Source: an uncultured Elusimicrobia bacterium (GTDB lineage Bacteria; Elusimicrobiota; Elusimicrobia; 2-01-FULL-59-12). From it: a stretch of 64,000 nt of DNA. Below, one piece after another: positions 38,477 to 49,655 of the stretch. A program made the position numbers and the translations under genes. The notes beneath the pieces are model-generated. The model saw only the letters and a list, made by a program, of their open reading frames with translations. It was not told the origin of the DNA and made no database searches. The stretch is taken from positions 448,001 to 512,000 of the forward strand of contig OY969767.1 in the NCBI GenBank assembly GCA_963702895.1, written 5' to 3'. Numbering within the stretch: position 1 is the first letter of the stretch; each line of letters begins with the position of its first letter.

Positions 38477-39160
38477 GCGATCATTCTAGCATCCAGCATA
38501 CCAGGCGAAGGAAAGGTATCTCCGCTCCAGCGTAGGGCCTGGCAGACACCGTTCACTCCGTGGCGTTTTGCCATGCGCACCGTCTCAGAGGAACGCAGCA
38601 TGTCGCCAGCTCCTTTCGGACAGACCTCACAACTCCTTGTCCCCCAGGCCCCCTATGTTAAGTGGATGGGGGACGGCGTCGGCCTCGTCCTCCTGATAAG
38701 CGCATAAGAGCGTTATCGTCGGGACCGCCCCATCCTTATATCGGTATAGGAAAGTGGGGTGGACAGTTCGGTCATGGCGTCCTCAAGGAGCTGGCTCAAA
38801 ACGCCAAATCGTTCACCGGAATCTGCCAGGCCCTCCGCTGGAGAGGCGGGCATGCGAGTGACTTGAGGCTTGAGCCCCGAAGGCGGAGACGGTTCTCCGA
38901 ACACTGTTCGCCCCGCTTCTCATGAATGACTAAGAGGCCGGGGCTGTCGACTCTACCCACGCCTCCGGCGCTTATAAAGTGGGCGGGACGACGAAGCCCC
39001 CCGTCCACTTAAACTGGGGGGTCCGGGGGGCGAGGAGTTGTGTGAGGAGTCGGAGCCTGAGGGGCGTACCCCCCAGTCTTCTGGGGGGACAAGCCGAATG
39101 GAACGAGCAGACCACCTCTCCAGCGGAGGACAATACGAATGAAAGTCCTCTTCTATGAGT

Positions 39161-40960
39161 CTAGCGGTTGAGGAGCCAGCCTTCGAGGTAGATGACGAGC
39201 GTCACAAAAGCGCTCAGCTGAAGAACCACCCAGGTCATGGCCTTAATCCATTGGAGGGGAGTGTAGCGGGGATTGATCTCCTTGCGGATAAAGGCGTACG
39301 CCACGACCGACTGCGCGCAGCCGATGTGTGTCCAGCATCCGCCGACCGCGTAGCCCGCTATCTGCGCCATCGCAAAAAGATGGAGCAACCCGACGTCGAG
39401 GCCATGCAGCGCCCGCGCGGCAAAATCCGCGACCACATTGTTGTCGAGGATTGCGGAAAGGAAAGTCGCGCCCCAGTACTGGAAGTAAGCGACATGAGAA
39501 GCTCCCCACCGCGAGATCCCGTCCTGAAGGAGGTGTGCAAGACGATCAAAGAAGCCCATGCGCTGCAAGAATGCGATGGAGAGGAACAAAGGGAAGAGAA
39601 ACAGGTATTCCTTGAACTCGTGCGCGGCATCCCGAAGCGCGAGGGCCCTCATTTTGGGAATGGCATAGATCCCTAAGAAGGCCACGACAAACCCCGCGAA
39701 GGAAGCAATAAAGAGAGGGATGTCGTGGTTGACGGCATGGGCAATTAAAAGCCCTACAAAGGGGATGAAGGACAAGGCGCCTATCTTTTGAGCGTCGAGT
39801 CGCGGCCTGGCGGCGGCCTCGATGGCTTGCCGCACTTTGATCTCCGAGGCGTCCCGAGGGAGATCCCGGTTTTGTAGAAGGTGTTCATAATGCTCTTCCA
39901 GGGGCTTGGCGAGCTCTTCCGAGACAAAGTGACCGAGAAGTTTCCGGCGCAGCCCCGGAGGCACCCGTTCTTCGAGGAGCGCTTCACCCAAAGGCTCACC
40001 CTGGAGCACCCGGTGCTGAAGGGAGGCGAAGCGTTCGCCCAATTCTTCCTTGTGGGCATCCAGAAGACCCACGGGGGTTAAGACTTCACCGTGACGGCTG
40101 GCTTGCAGAAAGCGCAAGTCGGCGTTATGCGTGTCGAGGATGTCTTGGGCCGCCATGTTGATCCTACGACGGCCGAGGCGTTTCCGAAGGTTCCATACGA
40201 CAATCAGGTAGCTTCCGACCGCCACCGGCAGGCAGTAGCGCAGGAAGAAGGCGTTGTCGAGGTGGGGGTATAGGTTGGCTTTCATGATGAGGTTGGGCGG
40301 TTCTCCGTAAGCCATCCACATCCCGCTCACCGTGGTGATGACCGTCGAAACGATCACAGCAAAGATCATGTCCTTTTCCTGGGCGCGTCCCAAAGCCAGG
40401 ATAATCACCAAGGTTCGGATCATGAGGCCGATCATGGACACGCCGTCTAAGACGCCGGAACTGGCGGCCACGATCACCGCCAGCAGAGCCACGGTCCTGA
40501 AGACCCGTCCTTTTTGACGGCGCAGGATGTTGCCGCTGATCGTCTCCAGGAGTCGCGTTTGGGCGATCACCGACACAAAGAAGGTCAGCCCCAGGATAAA
40601 GAGCATGGTATCGGCGTGGAAGAGGCCTTCGAGACCTTGGAGCGTGAGGAAGTGATGGTGGGTGAAATCAGCGAGGGCGGCAGGCCCGCGCTGTGCCAGA
40701 GTTTCTTTTAAGGAAGAAGCAGGCCACCACAGCGGAAGGAAGGTCCCCAAAATGACCATCCCCATGCCATAGGTGAGGGCATTTTTGTCGAGTTGGTAGC
40801 GGAAGGATCCTAAAAGAAAAAGGCCAAGAATCGTGGCGAAGAGTTCGATCGCCACCCAAGCGGGACGGGTCCACCCCGCGAAGCCCGCAAGAAATAAGGC
40901 GCTCGCGGCAAAGGCGCAGCCGATGATGAATTTGCGCGGAGAAAGATGAACCGTTTCCAT
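39161..40960 (-). CDS. ArsB/NhaD/NhaB superfamily ion transporter
   Basis: Many TM segments; SGVLD, GEPPNLIM, LSAILDN; long soluble insert in the middle. Confidence 0.78.
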   Translation of the reverse strand: METVHLSPRKFIIGCAFAASALFLAGFAGWTRPAWVAIELFATILGLFLLGSFRYQLDKNALTYGMGMVILGTFLPLWWPASSLKETLAQRGPAALADFTHHHFLTLQGLEGLFHADTMLFILGLTFFVSVIAQTRLLETISGNILRRQKGRVFRTVALLAVIVAASSGVLDGVSMIGLMIRTLVIILALGRAQEKDMIFAVIVSTVITTVSGMWMAYGEPPNLIMKANLYPHLDNAFFLRYCLPVAVGSYLIVVWNLRKRLGRRRINMAAQDILDTHNADLRFLQASRHGEVLTPVGLLDAHKEELGERFASLQHRVLQGEPLGEALLEERVPPGLRRKLLGHFVSEELAKPLEEHYEHLLQNRDLPRDASEIKVRQAIEAAARPRLDAQKIGALSFIPFVGLLIAHAVNHDIPLFIASFAGFVVAFLGIYAIPKMRALALRDAAHEFKEYLFLFPLFLSIAFLQRMGFFDRLAHLLQDGISRWGASHVAYFQYWGATFLSAILDNNVVADFAARALHGLDVGLLHLFAMAQIAGYAVGGCWTHIGCAQSVVAYAFIRKEINPRYTPLQWIKAMTWVVLQLSAFVTLVIYLEGWLLNR

Positions 40961-41069
40961 AAATAAAATAGGAGCTGGCGCGCGCCAACTCCTCTGTTGG
41001 ATGAACTGAACATACTAAATCACTCGCGCGCGTTCCAGCTCCGGTTCCGAAAGGCCAGGCCGCCTGCGG

Positions 41070-42149
41070 TCAATTGCTCGTGGGATAGTCTGTATAGCCC
41101 TTTTCCGAACCGCCGTAAAACGTCGAAGGATCGGGTTGGGCGAGCGGCTTGCCTTGCCGAAAGCGCTCGACTAAGTCAGGGTTGGAGATGAACGGCGCTC
41201 CGTAACAAGCCAATTGAGCAACACCCTTGGAGAGAAGGCTCTCGCCAAGGGCTTGGGTCAGTCCCCCATTGATGATGATGGCTCCTGGGAAGATCTTGCG
41301 TATCGATTCGGTCACGCGCGGCAGGGAGGGGTCGGCCGCCATGGGACCGCTATAGGCCTCTAACATATGCAGGTAGGCTAAGGGGAGTTGATTCAAGAGG
41401 GCAATGGCCTTGGTGAACGTATTCATGGGTTGGGAGTCGCTCATGCTGTTAAAGCTGCTATAGGGGGAGAGCCGAATGCCTACGCGGTGTTCCCCCAAAG
41501 CGGCGATTGCCGCTTGCGTCACGTCCACCAACAAACGGGCGCGGTTCTCGGCAGATCCCCCATAGGGACCGCTGCGCGTGTTGACGCCGTCCCGCAGGAA
41601 CTGGTCCAAGAGATATCCGTTGGCCGCGTGAAGCTCGACGCCGTCAAAGCCGGCGGCTTTGGCGTTACTCGCGGCTCGTCGGAACTGCTCTACAATGCCT
41701 GGAAGTTCTGTGTCCTTCAACGACCGTGGGGCTTCGTAGGGCTGCATCGAATAGTCAGCGGCCATCACCTGGCCTTGGGGAGGCAGGGCGCTGGAGGACA
41801 CCGGCTGTTCGTTAATTAACGTCCGGTGCGCGATGCGTCCTGTATGCACAAGTTGGGCGTAAATCTTGCCCCCAGCCGCATGCACCGCGTCCGTCACTTG
41901 TTTCCAAGCCAGGACCTGTTCCTGGTTCCAGAGCCCTGGAATATTGGGGTAGCCGCACCCCTGGAGCGAGACGGCTATGGCTTCTGAGATGAGGAGCCCG
42001 GCGCTTGAGCGCTGGCGGTAATAGTCCGCCATGATGGGTGTGGGGATATGACCGGCCGTTGCTCTTGAGCGGGTCATAGGCGCCATCACGACTCGGTTCG
42101 CCAAAGGGAGGCCATGAAGATCAAACTTTTCCAATAAGAACGAATTCAT
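41070..42149 (-). CDS. nemA: Old yellow enzyme family alkene reductase
   Basis: NRVVMAPMTRSRA, ELHAANGYLLDQF, FISNPDL, GYTDYP. Confidence 0.9.
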   Translation of the reverse strand: MNSFLLEKFDLHGLPLANRVVMAPMTRSRATAGHIPTPIMADYYRQRSSAGLLISEAIAVSLQGCGYPNIPGLWNQEQVLAWKQVTDAVHAAGGKIYAQLVHTGRIAHRTLINEQPVSSSALPPQGQVMAADYSMQPYEAPRSLKDTELPGIVEQFRRAASNAKAAGFDGVELHAANGYLLDQFLRDGVNTRSGPYGGSAENRARLLVDVTQAAIAALGEHRVGIRLSPYSSFNSMSDSQPMNTFTKAIALLNQLPLAYLHMLEAYSGPMAADPSLPRVTESIRKIFPGAIIINGGLTQALGESLLSKGVAQLACYGAPFISNPDLVERFRQGKPLAQPDPSTFYGGSEKGYTDYPTSN

Positions 42150-42305
42150 AGGGATCGGGGTCCTTTCATGCGGAGAATAAGTCGCTGGTGCGCACAGGGG
42201 ATAGTACAAATTAGAAGAACAATAGTTCCCGTCCCCTTTCCCCACAAGGTACCTGCCGGAAAAAATACTTGACCTGAGCGGCGCGGATCACGTATCCTAA
42301 TGCCG

Positions 42306-42380
42306 TCCCAACGAAGGGAAGAAGCATTTAGCGGCATAGAGGCCTCGGTCGAGCTGTCAGCAGACCGGGGTTTTTTATTT
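42306..42380 (+). promoter_or_regulatory. ANTAR-type dual-hairpin antiterminator overlapping an intrinsic terminator
   Basis: tccc-AACGAA-ggga and ggc-ATAGAG-gcc hexaloops (A1, G4). The second hairpin overlaps cctcggtc..gaccgggg-tttttt. Confidence 0.75.
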
Positions 42381-42480
42381 TCAAGGGGCGCCGCTTGGAC
42401 GTACCCTCACCCAGCATCCCACGACGGCATGCCAGCCCATAGGCGAGTCTCGAAACGACATTAAAAGGAGGAGTAAATCT

Positions 42481-44004
42481 ATGAAATGGCACACCCGTAT
42501 GGAGAAGAGGTTGTTGTGGATGGTGGGAGGAATGCTCCTGGCGCTGGCGTCATCGGTCATCGCCACAGAGGCCCCGCCGGCCGTTGACTTAGCCGCACAA
42601 GTGTCAACCCTGACGGCGTCCTTGGGAGACCACAAGGTCATGATGGATACGATGTGGGTTTTGATCACCGCCATGCTCGTATTCTTTATGAATCTGGGTT
42701 TCGCCATGGTGGAGTCGGGTTTCTGCCGGGCGAAGAACGCTGTCAACATTCTCTCCAAGAACTTCATTGTCTTTGCCGCTTCTTCTTTGGCCTTTTGGAT
42801 TATCGGCTGGGGACTGATGTTTGGCAATGGGAACGGCTTCCTAGGATTGAATGGCCTTTGGTTCCTGGGTGGCGCGGACAACAGCCCCGCTTCCGGGGCT
42901 GCCTACCAAGGGGCTTATAACGCGATCAGTTGGGCTACGGTGCCTTTCCTGGCGAAGTTCTTCTTTCAGCTGGTCTTTGCGGGTACAGCCGCAACGATCG
43001 TATCAGGTGCTGTGGCGGAACGCATCAAATACAAAACCTTCATCCTCTTCACGCTGGTCTTGGTGGGCGTGATCTACCCGATCGTCGGCCACTGGATCTG
43101 GGGAGCCGGGTGGTTGGCCGCCAAGGGGATGTGGGACTTCGCGGGATCGACCGTCGTTCACTCGGTCGGCGGTTGGGCGGCTTTGGCGGGAGTGCTTGTC
43201 CTGGGACCTCGCTTTGGCAAGTATGGAAAGGACGGGTCGGTGAATGCCATTCCTGGCCATAACCTGACCTCCGGCGTCATCGGAGCTCTCATTCTTTGGT
43301 TGGGGTGGTTCGGGTTTAATCCCGGGTCCACGATGGCCGTCATACCCGGGGACATTGCCCGTATTTGTGTGACGACCAATACGGCAGCGGCCATGGCTCT
43401 GCTCACTTCGACCCTTGCTTCCACCTACCTCATCGGCAAGCCCGACCTGGGCATGTCGATCAACGGTTGTTTGGCGGGCCTGGTGGCCATCACGGCTCCC
43501 TGTGCTTATGTGAGCGTGACGAGTTCGGCCATCATTGGCGCGATCGCAGGCGTCACGGTCGTGATCGGCGTCCTCTTCTTTGACAAAATCAAAGTGGATG
43601 ATCCGGTAGGAGCGCTTGCGGTACACTTGGTCCATGGCGTGCTCGGGACGATCTTTGTCGGCTTGTTTGCCCAAGATCAGTTCATTCCGAACACGACGGG
43701 CAATGGTCTCTTCTTTGGAGGAGGAACCAAGCTGCTCATGGCACAGCTGACAGGCGTTGTGTCGGTCGGATTGTTCACGTTTATCCTGTCGTATATTGTA
43801 TGGCAGGTGATCGATAAAACGATGGGCATCCGGGTGACGGCCGAAGAAGAAATTGAGGGATTGGATATCGGGGAACATGGCAACAGCGCCTACCCGGAAT
43901 TCGTCACTCGCAAACCGGCGATGAGCCACTTCGTGGCTGTGCCGCAAACACAGCCCGTCGCACGGAGAATTGCGACACATGTGATGGAAGGGAGTCTGCG
44001 ATGA
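42481..44004 (+). CDS. amtB: Ammonium transporter
   Basis: FFQLVFA, SGAVAER, DFAGSTVVH, WFGFNPGS, DDPVGA. Confidence 0.97.
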   Translation: MKWHTRMEKRLLWMVGGMLLALASSVIATEAPPAVDLAAQVSTLTASLGDHKVMMDTMWVLITAMLVFFMNLGFAMVESGFCRAKNAVNILSKNFIVFAASSLAFWIIGWGLMFGNGNGFLGLNGLWFLGGADNSPASGAAYQGAYNAISWATVPFLAKFFFQLVFAGTAATIVSGAVAERIKYKTFILFTLVLVGVIYPIVGHWIWGAGWLAAKGMWDFAGSTVVHSVGGWAALAGVLVLGPRFGKYGKDGSVNAIPGHNLTSGVIGALILWLGWFGFNPGSTMAVIPGDIARICVTTNTAAAMALLTSTLASTYLIGKPDLGMSINGCLAGLVAITAPCAYVSVTSSAIIGAIAGVTVVIGVLFFDKIKVDDPVGALAVHLVHGVLGTIFVGLFAQDQFIPNTTGNGLFFGGGTKLLMAQLTGVVSVGLFTFILSYIVWQVIDKTMGIRVTAEEEIEGLDIGEHGNSAYPEFVTRKPAMSHFVAVPQTQPVARRIATHVMEGSLR

Positions 44005-44342
44005 AAAGAATTGAAGCGATTCTAAGGCCAGAAAGTATTGGGCCGGTGCTGGACGCCTTAAAAAAGGCGGGATGCCCGGGTGTCATGGTGACCGAAATTG
44101 AAGGTCACGGCAAGCAAAAGGGGATCTCTCAAAACTGGCGCGGGCAGGAGTATAAAGTGGACCTGCTTCCCAAGATCAAGGTCGAAGTGATTGTGTCGGA
44201 TAAGGACCTTGCCTCTATTGTGAAAACGATCGCGGCAACCGCGCAGACCGGAAAGATCGGAGATGGCAAAATCTTCGTGACGGATGTCGCGGATGCCCTG
44301 CGTATTCGCACCGGTGAACGCGGAGAAGACGCCTTAAACTAG
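44001..44342 (+). CDS. glnK: PII nitrogen regulatory protein
   Basis: [28 protein letters not shown]. Confidence 0.93.
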   Translation: MKRIEAILRPESIGPVLDALKKAGCPGVMVTEIEGHGKQKGISQNWRGQEYKVDLLPKIKVEVIVSDKDLASIVKTIAATAQTGKIGDGKIFVTDVADALRIRTGERGEDALN

Positions 44343-44357
44343 GACGTTTGTAAGACC

Positions 44358-44399
44358 AACCTCCGGCAGCAGGCTTCGAGCCAGCTGCCGGAGGTTTTT
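44358..44399 (+). terminator. Rho-independent terminator
   Basis: aacctccggcagc..gctgccggaggtt followed by a T run. Confidence 0.8.
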
Positions 44400-44469
44400 A
44401 TATATAATCGAGCGCTACAGGGACCGCCTGCCTCAGCGTCGAGTTCTAGCGAATCCCCTCATTAATCCC

Positions 44470-47400
44470 ATGACGAACCGTTGTCCGCACAAACAAGGGC
44501 TCTACGACCCGGCGTTTGAAAAAGACGCCTGCGGGACGGGTTTTGTCGTCGATATTCAGGGCCGGAAGTCCCACAAGATTGTACAGCAGGCGCTCCAGGC
44601 GCTCGATAACCTGCGCCACCGAGGCGCCTGCGGCTGCGAGGAAAACACGGGGGATGGCGCCGGGATCCTGATCCAGGTCCCGCACGCCTTCCTTCATAAG
44701 CAAGCGAAAGCCTCCGGTTTTGCGCTGCCCTCCACCGGCGAGTATGGGGTGGGCATGGCCTTTCTTCCCAAGGGCGCCGAAGACCAAAAAGAGTGCCAAA
44801 AGCGCGTGGAAGCGATTGTGGCGGAAGAAGGGCAGAAGTTCCTCGGCTGGAGAGCCGTCCCCACCAACAACGCGATGATCGGCGCCACGGCCAAAGCGGC
44901 GGAACCCTCGTTTAAACAGTTTTTTATCGGCCGTTCCTCCAAGCTGAAGGAGGACATGGCCTTTGAGCGCAAGCTCTACGTCATTCGAAAGCGCGTCGAA
45001 GCCGCCATCCGCTACTCGGGCTGGCAAGGCGGCTACTCGTTCTACATCGCCAGCCTCTCCCATCGGACGCTCGTTTACAAAGGGATGCTCATCTCCAATC
45101 AGGTGCCGGAATACTTCCCGGACTTGCAGGACCCCGCCATGGACTCGGCACTTGCTCTTGTCCATTCCCGGTTTTCCACGAACACCTTTCCCAGTTGGGA
45201 CCGCGCTCATCCCTACCGCTACATCGCCCATAACGGTGAAATTAATACGCTCCGCGGCAACGTCAACTGGATGTTCACGCGGCAAGCCTTGTGCCAATCC
45301 GATCTTTTTGGCGACGATCTCAAAAAAATCATTCCCGTGATTCGCATGGATGGTTCCGACTCGGCCATTTTCGACAATGTCCTCGAGTTCTTGGCCCTGG
45401 GTGGGCGCTCGCTGGCTCACGCCATGATGATGATGATCCCGGAGCCCTGGCAGCACCACGAAAACATGTCGGATGAGAAAAAAGCCTTTTACGAATACCA
45501 CTCCTGCCTGATGGAACCCTGGGACGGCCCGGCTTCGATCGCGTTTACGGACGGCCTGCAGGTGGGCGCGGTCCTTGACCGCAATGGCCTCAGACCCTCC
45601 CGGTACTATGTGACCCAAGATGATCTGGTCGTGATGGCCTCTGAAGTCGGTGTGCTGGATATCCCGCCTGAGAAAATCCTCCACAAAGGGCGGCTCCAGC
45701 CAGGCCGCATGTTCCTGATCGATACGGTCGAGAAGCGCATCATCGCCGATGAAGAGATCAAGCGCAAGATCTGCACCGAGAAACCCTATCGCCTGTGGCT
45801 CAAGGAAAATCTCGTGAAGCTCGAAGACCTCCCCGAGCCTCCGGAAATTCCCGAACCCGATCACCCGACGATGCTTCTGCGTCAGCAGGCTTTTGGGTAT
45901 ACCTTCGAGGACTTGCGGGTGGTCATGGCGCCGATGGCCGAGAGCGCCGTGGAAGCAGTTGGTTCCATGGGCGACGATACGCCGCTGGCTGTTCTTTCCG
46001 ATAAGCCGAAGCTCATCTACGATTACTTCAAGCAGCTCTTTGCCCAGGTGACCAATCCCCCGATCGACGGTATTCGCGAGGAGATTGTGACAGGTTCTGA
46101 AACTGGCATTGGCCCCGAAGGGAACCTCTTAGACCCCCGGCCCGAGAGCGCGAGGCAAATCGAGCTCAAATCCCCGATTCTCACGGATGAGGAGTTCTAC
46201 AAACTCGTCCACGTCAACCACCCTTGGTTCCGCTCACGGGTCTTCCCCATGGTGTATCCCGTGCGCTCTGGCGGCAAGGGCCTGGCAGAGGCCCTCGACA
46301 AACTCTTCGCGGATGTCGACCGCGCGATCGAGGACCACATCAATATTGTGATTCTCTCCGACCGCACGATGGACCGCGAGAACGCCGCGGTTCCGGCGCT
46401 CCTCGCGTGCGCGGGCCTTCATCACCACTTGATCCGCCGCGGGACGCGCACGCGGGTCGGGATCATCTTGGAATCGGGTGAGCCGCGTGAGGTGCATCAC
46501 TTTGCGCTCCTCGTCAGCTACGGCATCAGCGCGATCAACCCGTATCTGGCCCTCGAGTCTCTCGATGACATGAGACGCCAGGGCATGCTCTCCAGCGACA
46601 TCGACCATAAGAAGGCCGTCAAGAATTACGCCAAGGCGGCCGCCAAAGGGGTCCTGAAGGTCATTTCCAAGATGGGGATCTCCACCATCCAGAGCTACTC
46701 CGGCGCTCAGATCTTTGAAGCGATCGGCCTTGATCAAAGCGTGATCGATAAGTATTTCTGCTGGACCCCATCGCGTATTGGAGGTGCGGATCTCGAAGCG
46801 CTTGCCAGGGAAGTGGAAATGCGTCACCGGCACGCCTTCCCCGATTATGGCGTCGCGGGCACGAAGACCTTGGAACCTGGTGGTAAATATCAGTGGCGAA
46901 AAGAGGGCGAGCATCACCTTTTTAATCCCGAATCCATCCACTACTTGCAGACCGCCTGCCGCACCAACAATTACGAGCTTTATCAGAAGTATGCCTCCCT
47001 GATTAACGGTCAGGCGACGCGCCTGGCCACCCTGCGCGGCCTGATGGACTTCCAGAATGGCAGCCCCATCCCCATTGACCAGGTGGAGCCGGTGGAGGCC
47101 ATCGTGAAGCGTTTTAAAACGGGGGCGATGTCGTATGGCTCCATCAGCCAAGAAGCCCATGAGACGCTCGCGATCGCGATGAACCGCCTTGGAGGAAAAT
47201 CCAATACAGGCGAAGGCGGCGAGGACCCCGAGCGTTATAAACCTCTGCCGAACGGCGATTCCAAAAAGAGCGCCATCAAACAAGTGGCCTCCGGGCGCTT
47301 TGGCGTGACGAGCCAATATCTCGTGAATGCCGTCGAGCTCCAGATCAAGATGGCGCAAGGGGCCAAGCCCGGCGAGGGCGGCCAGCTCCCGGGGAGAAAA

Positions 47401-49068
47401 GTCTATCCTTGGATCGCCAAAGTCCGGCACTCCACTCCTGGCGTCGGGCTCATTTCACCGCCCCCTCACCATGACATTTACTCCATCGAAGACCTGGCGG
47501 AGCTCATTCACGATTTGAAGAACGCCAATCCCCAGGCGCGCATCAACGTCAAGTTGGTGTCGGAAGTGGGTGTAGGAACCGTCGCGGCGGGCGTGGCCAA
47601 GGGCCACGCGGATGTGGTCCTCATCTCGGGCCACGACGGAGGAACGGGCGCCTCGCCCCAAACGTCCATCAAGTACGCGGGCCTGCCCTGGGAGCTGGGG
47701 CTTGCCGAAACCCATCAGACGCTTGTCTTAAACAAGCTGCGAGACCGGATTGTGGTGGAAACCGACGGTCAGCTCAAGACGGGCCGCGATGTGGTCGTGG
47801 CGGCCCTCTTGGGTGCGGAAGAATACGGATTTGCTACGGGTCCGCTCGTCGTCATGGGATGCGTCATGATGCGCGTGTGTCACTTGGACACTTGCCCGGT
47901 CGGCGTCGCCACCCAAAACCCTGAACTTCGCAAGCTCTTCACGGGGGATCCTGATCATGTCGTGAACTTTATGCGCTTTATCGCCCGGGACATGCGCGAG
48001 ATCATGGCGCAGCTGGGTTTTCGCACGATCAACGAGATGGTGGGGCGCGTGGATAAGCTCAAAATGAGAGACGCCATCGATCACTGGAAAGCCAAGGGCC
48101 TTGATTTCTCCAAGATCCTCTACCAGGTTCCCATGGGTCCGGAAGTGGGCCGCTACCAGCAGGTGGCCCAGAACCATGGCCTGGATCAGGCGCTCGACAG
48201 GACAAAGCTTTTGGACCTCTGTAAACCCGCCCTTGAGAGGGGGGAGAAGGTGAAGGCGACCCTCCCGATTAAAAACGTGAACCGCGTGGTCGGCACCATG
48301 GTGGGCAGTGACATTACCCGTCGTTACGGTCCCCAGGGCTTGAAAGAAGACACCATTCACCTCCTCTTTCAGGGTTCCGCTGGTCAAAGTTTTGGCGCCT
48401 TTATCCCTCCGGGGATGACGCTGGAGGTGGAAGGCGACACCAACGACTATTTCGGCAAGGGCTTGTCCGGCGGGAAGCTCATCGTTTATCCTCCCAAGGG
48501 CTCTTCCTTTGTTCCCGAAGAAAACATCATTATTGGCAACGTCGCTTTCTACGGCGCGACAGCGGGGGAGGCTTATATCCGAGGCGTTGCGGGCGAGCGC
48601 TTCTGCGTGCGCAACTCCGGTGTGCGGGCCGTGGTCGAAGCGGTGGGCGACCATGGTTGTGAATACATGACGGGCGGGCGCGTGGTGATCCTGGGCCCCA
48701 CCGGCCGAAACTTTGCGGCGGGCATGTCCGGAGGTATCGCGTATATTCTCGACACGCAGGGGACCTTCCCGGTCCGGTGCAACAAACAAATGGTGATTTT
48801 GGAAGCGCTCAGCGATACGAACGAAATCGCCGAAGTCAAAGCGATGATCGAGCGTCATGCGACCTACACGAAGAGCGCCGTGGCCGAACGGGTCCTTGCT
48901 TCCTGGAGCGCCATGGTGCCGAAATTCGTCAAGGTGATTCCCAAGGACTATCAGCGCGTGCTGGAAGCCGAAAAACGCGTTCGTTCCCAGGGACTCTCCG
49001 GAGAAGAAGCCATCATGGCTGCTTTTCAGGAAAATGTAAAAGATGTGGCAAGGGTGGGCGGCAACTAA
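44470..49068 (+). CDS. gltB: Glutamate synthase large subunit
   Basis: DACG N-terminus, [32 protein letters not shown]. Confidence 0.98.
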   Translation: MTNRCPHKQGLYDPAFEKDACGTGFVVDIQGRKSHKIVQQALQALDNLRHRGACGCEENTGDGAGILIQVPHAFLHKQAKASGFALPSTGEYGVGMAFLPKGAEDQKECQKRVEAIVAEEGQKFLGWRAVPTNNAMIGATAKAAEPSFKQFFIGRSSKLKEDMAFERKLYVIRKRVEAAIRYSGWQGGYSFYIASLSHRTLVYKGMLISNQVPEYFPDLQDPAMDSALALVHSRFSTNTFPSWDRAHPYRYIAHNGEINTLRGNVNWMFTRQALCQSDLFGDDLKKIIPVIRMDGSDSAIFDNVLEFLALGGRSLAHAMMMMIPEPWQHHENMSDEKKAFYEYHSCLMEPWDGPASIAFTDGLQVGAVLDRNGLRPSRYYVTQDDLVVMASEVGVLDIPPEKILHKGRLQPGRMFLIDTVEKRIIADEEIKRKICTEKPYRLWLKENLVKLEDLPEPPEIPEPDHPTMLLRQQAFGYTFEDLRVVMAPMAESAVEAVGSMGDDTPLAVLSDKPKLIYDYFKQLFAQVTNPPIDGIREEIVTGSETGIGPEGNLLDPRPESARQIELKSPILTDEEFYKLVHVNHPWFRSRVFPMVYPVRSGGKGLAEALDKLFADVDRAIEDHINIVILSDRTMDRENAAVPALLACAGLHHHLIRRGTRTRVGIILESGEPREVHHFALLVSYGISAINPYLALESLDDMRRQGMLSSDIDHKKAVKNYAKAAAKGVLKVISKMGISTIQSYSGAQIFEAIGLDQSVIDKYFCWTPSRIGGADLEALAREVEMRHRHAFPDYGVAGTKTLEPGGKYQWRKEGEHHLFNPESIHYLQTACRTNNYELYQKYASLINGQATRLATLRGLMDFQNGSPIPIDQVEPVEAIVKRFKTGAMSYGSISQEAHETLAIAMNRLGGKSNTGEGGEDPERYKPLPNGDSKKSAIKQVASGRFGVTSQYLVNAVELQIKMAQGAKPGEGGQLPGRKVYPWIAKVRHSTPGVGLISPPPHHDIYSIEDLAELIHDLKNANPQARINVKLVSEVGVGTVAAGVAKGHADVVLISGHDGGTGASPQTSIKYAGLPWELGLAETHQTLVLNKLRDRIVVETDGQLKTGRDVVVAALLGAEEYGFATGPLVVMGCVMMRVCHLDTCPVGVATQNPELRKLFTGDPDHVVNFMRFIARDMREIMAQLGFRTINEMVGRVDKLKMRDAIDHWKAKGLDFSKILYQVPMGPEVGRYQQVAQNHGLDQALDRTKLLDLCKPALERGEKVKATLPIKNVNRVVGTMVGSDITRRYGPQGLKEDTIHLLFQGSAGQSFGAFIPPGMTLEVEGDTNDYFGKGLSGGKLIVYPPKGSSFVPEENIIIGNVAFYGATAGEAYIRGVAGERFCVRNSGVRAVVEAVGDHGCEYMTGGRVVILGPTGRNFAAGMSGGIAYILDTQGTFPVRCNKQMVILEALSDTNEIAEVKAMIERHATYTKSAVAERVLASWSAMVPKFVKVIPKDYQRVLEAEKRVRSQGLSGEEAIMAAFQENVKDVARVGGN

Positions 49069-49100
49069 TGTCCCGTGTCTCGCGTCCTGCGTCCCGAGTC
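49069..49100. repeat. Heptamer array, left arm
   Basis: tgtcccg tgtctcg cgtcctg cgtcccg agtc. Confidence 0.8.
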
Positions 49101-49112
49101 AAGTGAAAGAGA

Positions 49113-49655
49113 ATGGCCAAGTTCGAAAAATTTGAAGATATTGAAGCATGGCAGATTTGCCGTGCCCTTATGAAATCGATCTATGAGGTCACGTCTCGTA
49201 ACGAGTTTGCTCGAGATTTTCCGCTTCGAGATCAGATCCGGAAGGCGGCCATATCAGCGCTGTCAAATATTGCGGAAGGTTTTGAGCGAGGTGGAGACAA
49301 AGAGTTCCGGCAATTTCTCTCCGTAGCAAAAGGCTCCATCGGTGAAATGAAGGCGCAGCTTTATGCCGCTTTTGACGCAGGATATTTAAAGGACGAGAAA
49401 TTCCAAGATCTTATGGAAATGGCGGATCATGCTGCGCGCAAGATCGGAAGTCTCATGCAATATCTGGCCAGTTCTGAATATAAAGGTGTCAAATTCCGAG
49501 ATTCCGATGCGGGACTCGAGACGCGGGACGCGGGACTCAAGACACAGGACGCGGGACTCGAGACGCGGGACGCGGGGCTCAAGACACAGGACGCGGGACT
49601 CAAGACACAGGACGCGGGACTCGAGACGCGGGACGCGGGACTTCATCATGGGTAA
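49113..49655 (+). CDS. Four-helix bundle protein (23S rRNA IVS/TIGR02436-like) with repeat-encoded tail
   Basis: [37 protein letters not shown]; tail (DAGL(E/K)T(R/Q))n. Confidence 0.92.
   Translation: MAKFEKFEDIEAWQICRALMKSIYEVTSRNEFARDFPLRDQIRKAAISALSNIAEGFERGGDKEFRQFLSVAKGSIGEMKAQLYAAFDAGYLKDEKFQDLMEMADHAARKIGSLMQYLASSEYKGVKFRDSDAGLETRDAGLKTQDAGLETRDAGLKTQDAGLKTQDAGLETRDAGLHHG
49506..49641. repeat. Heptamer array, right arm (reverse complement of left arm)
   Basis: ggacgcg/ggactcg/agacgcg/agacaca units with a 21-nt higher-order period. Confidence 0.9.

Noticed and set aside
44446..48858. Long antisense ORFs over gltB (and over other GC-rich genes)
   Set aside because: Shadow frames caused by codon bias.
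49429..49647. N-terminal extension of gltD
   Set aside because: Derived from the heptamer repeats; the conserved start MGKPTGF is at 49648.
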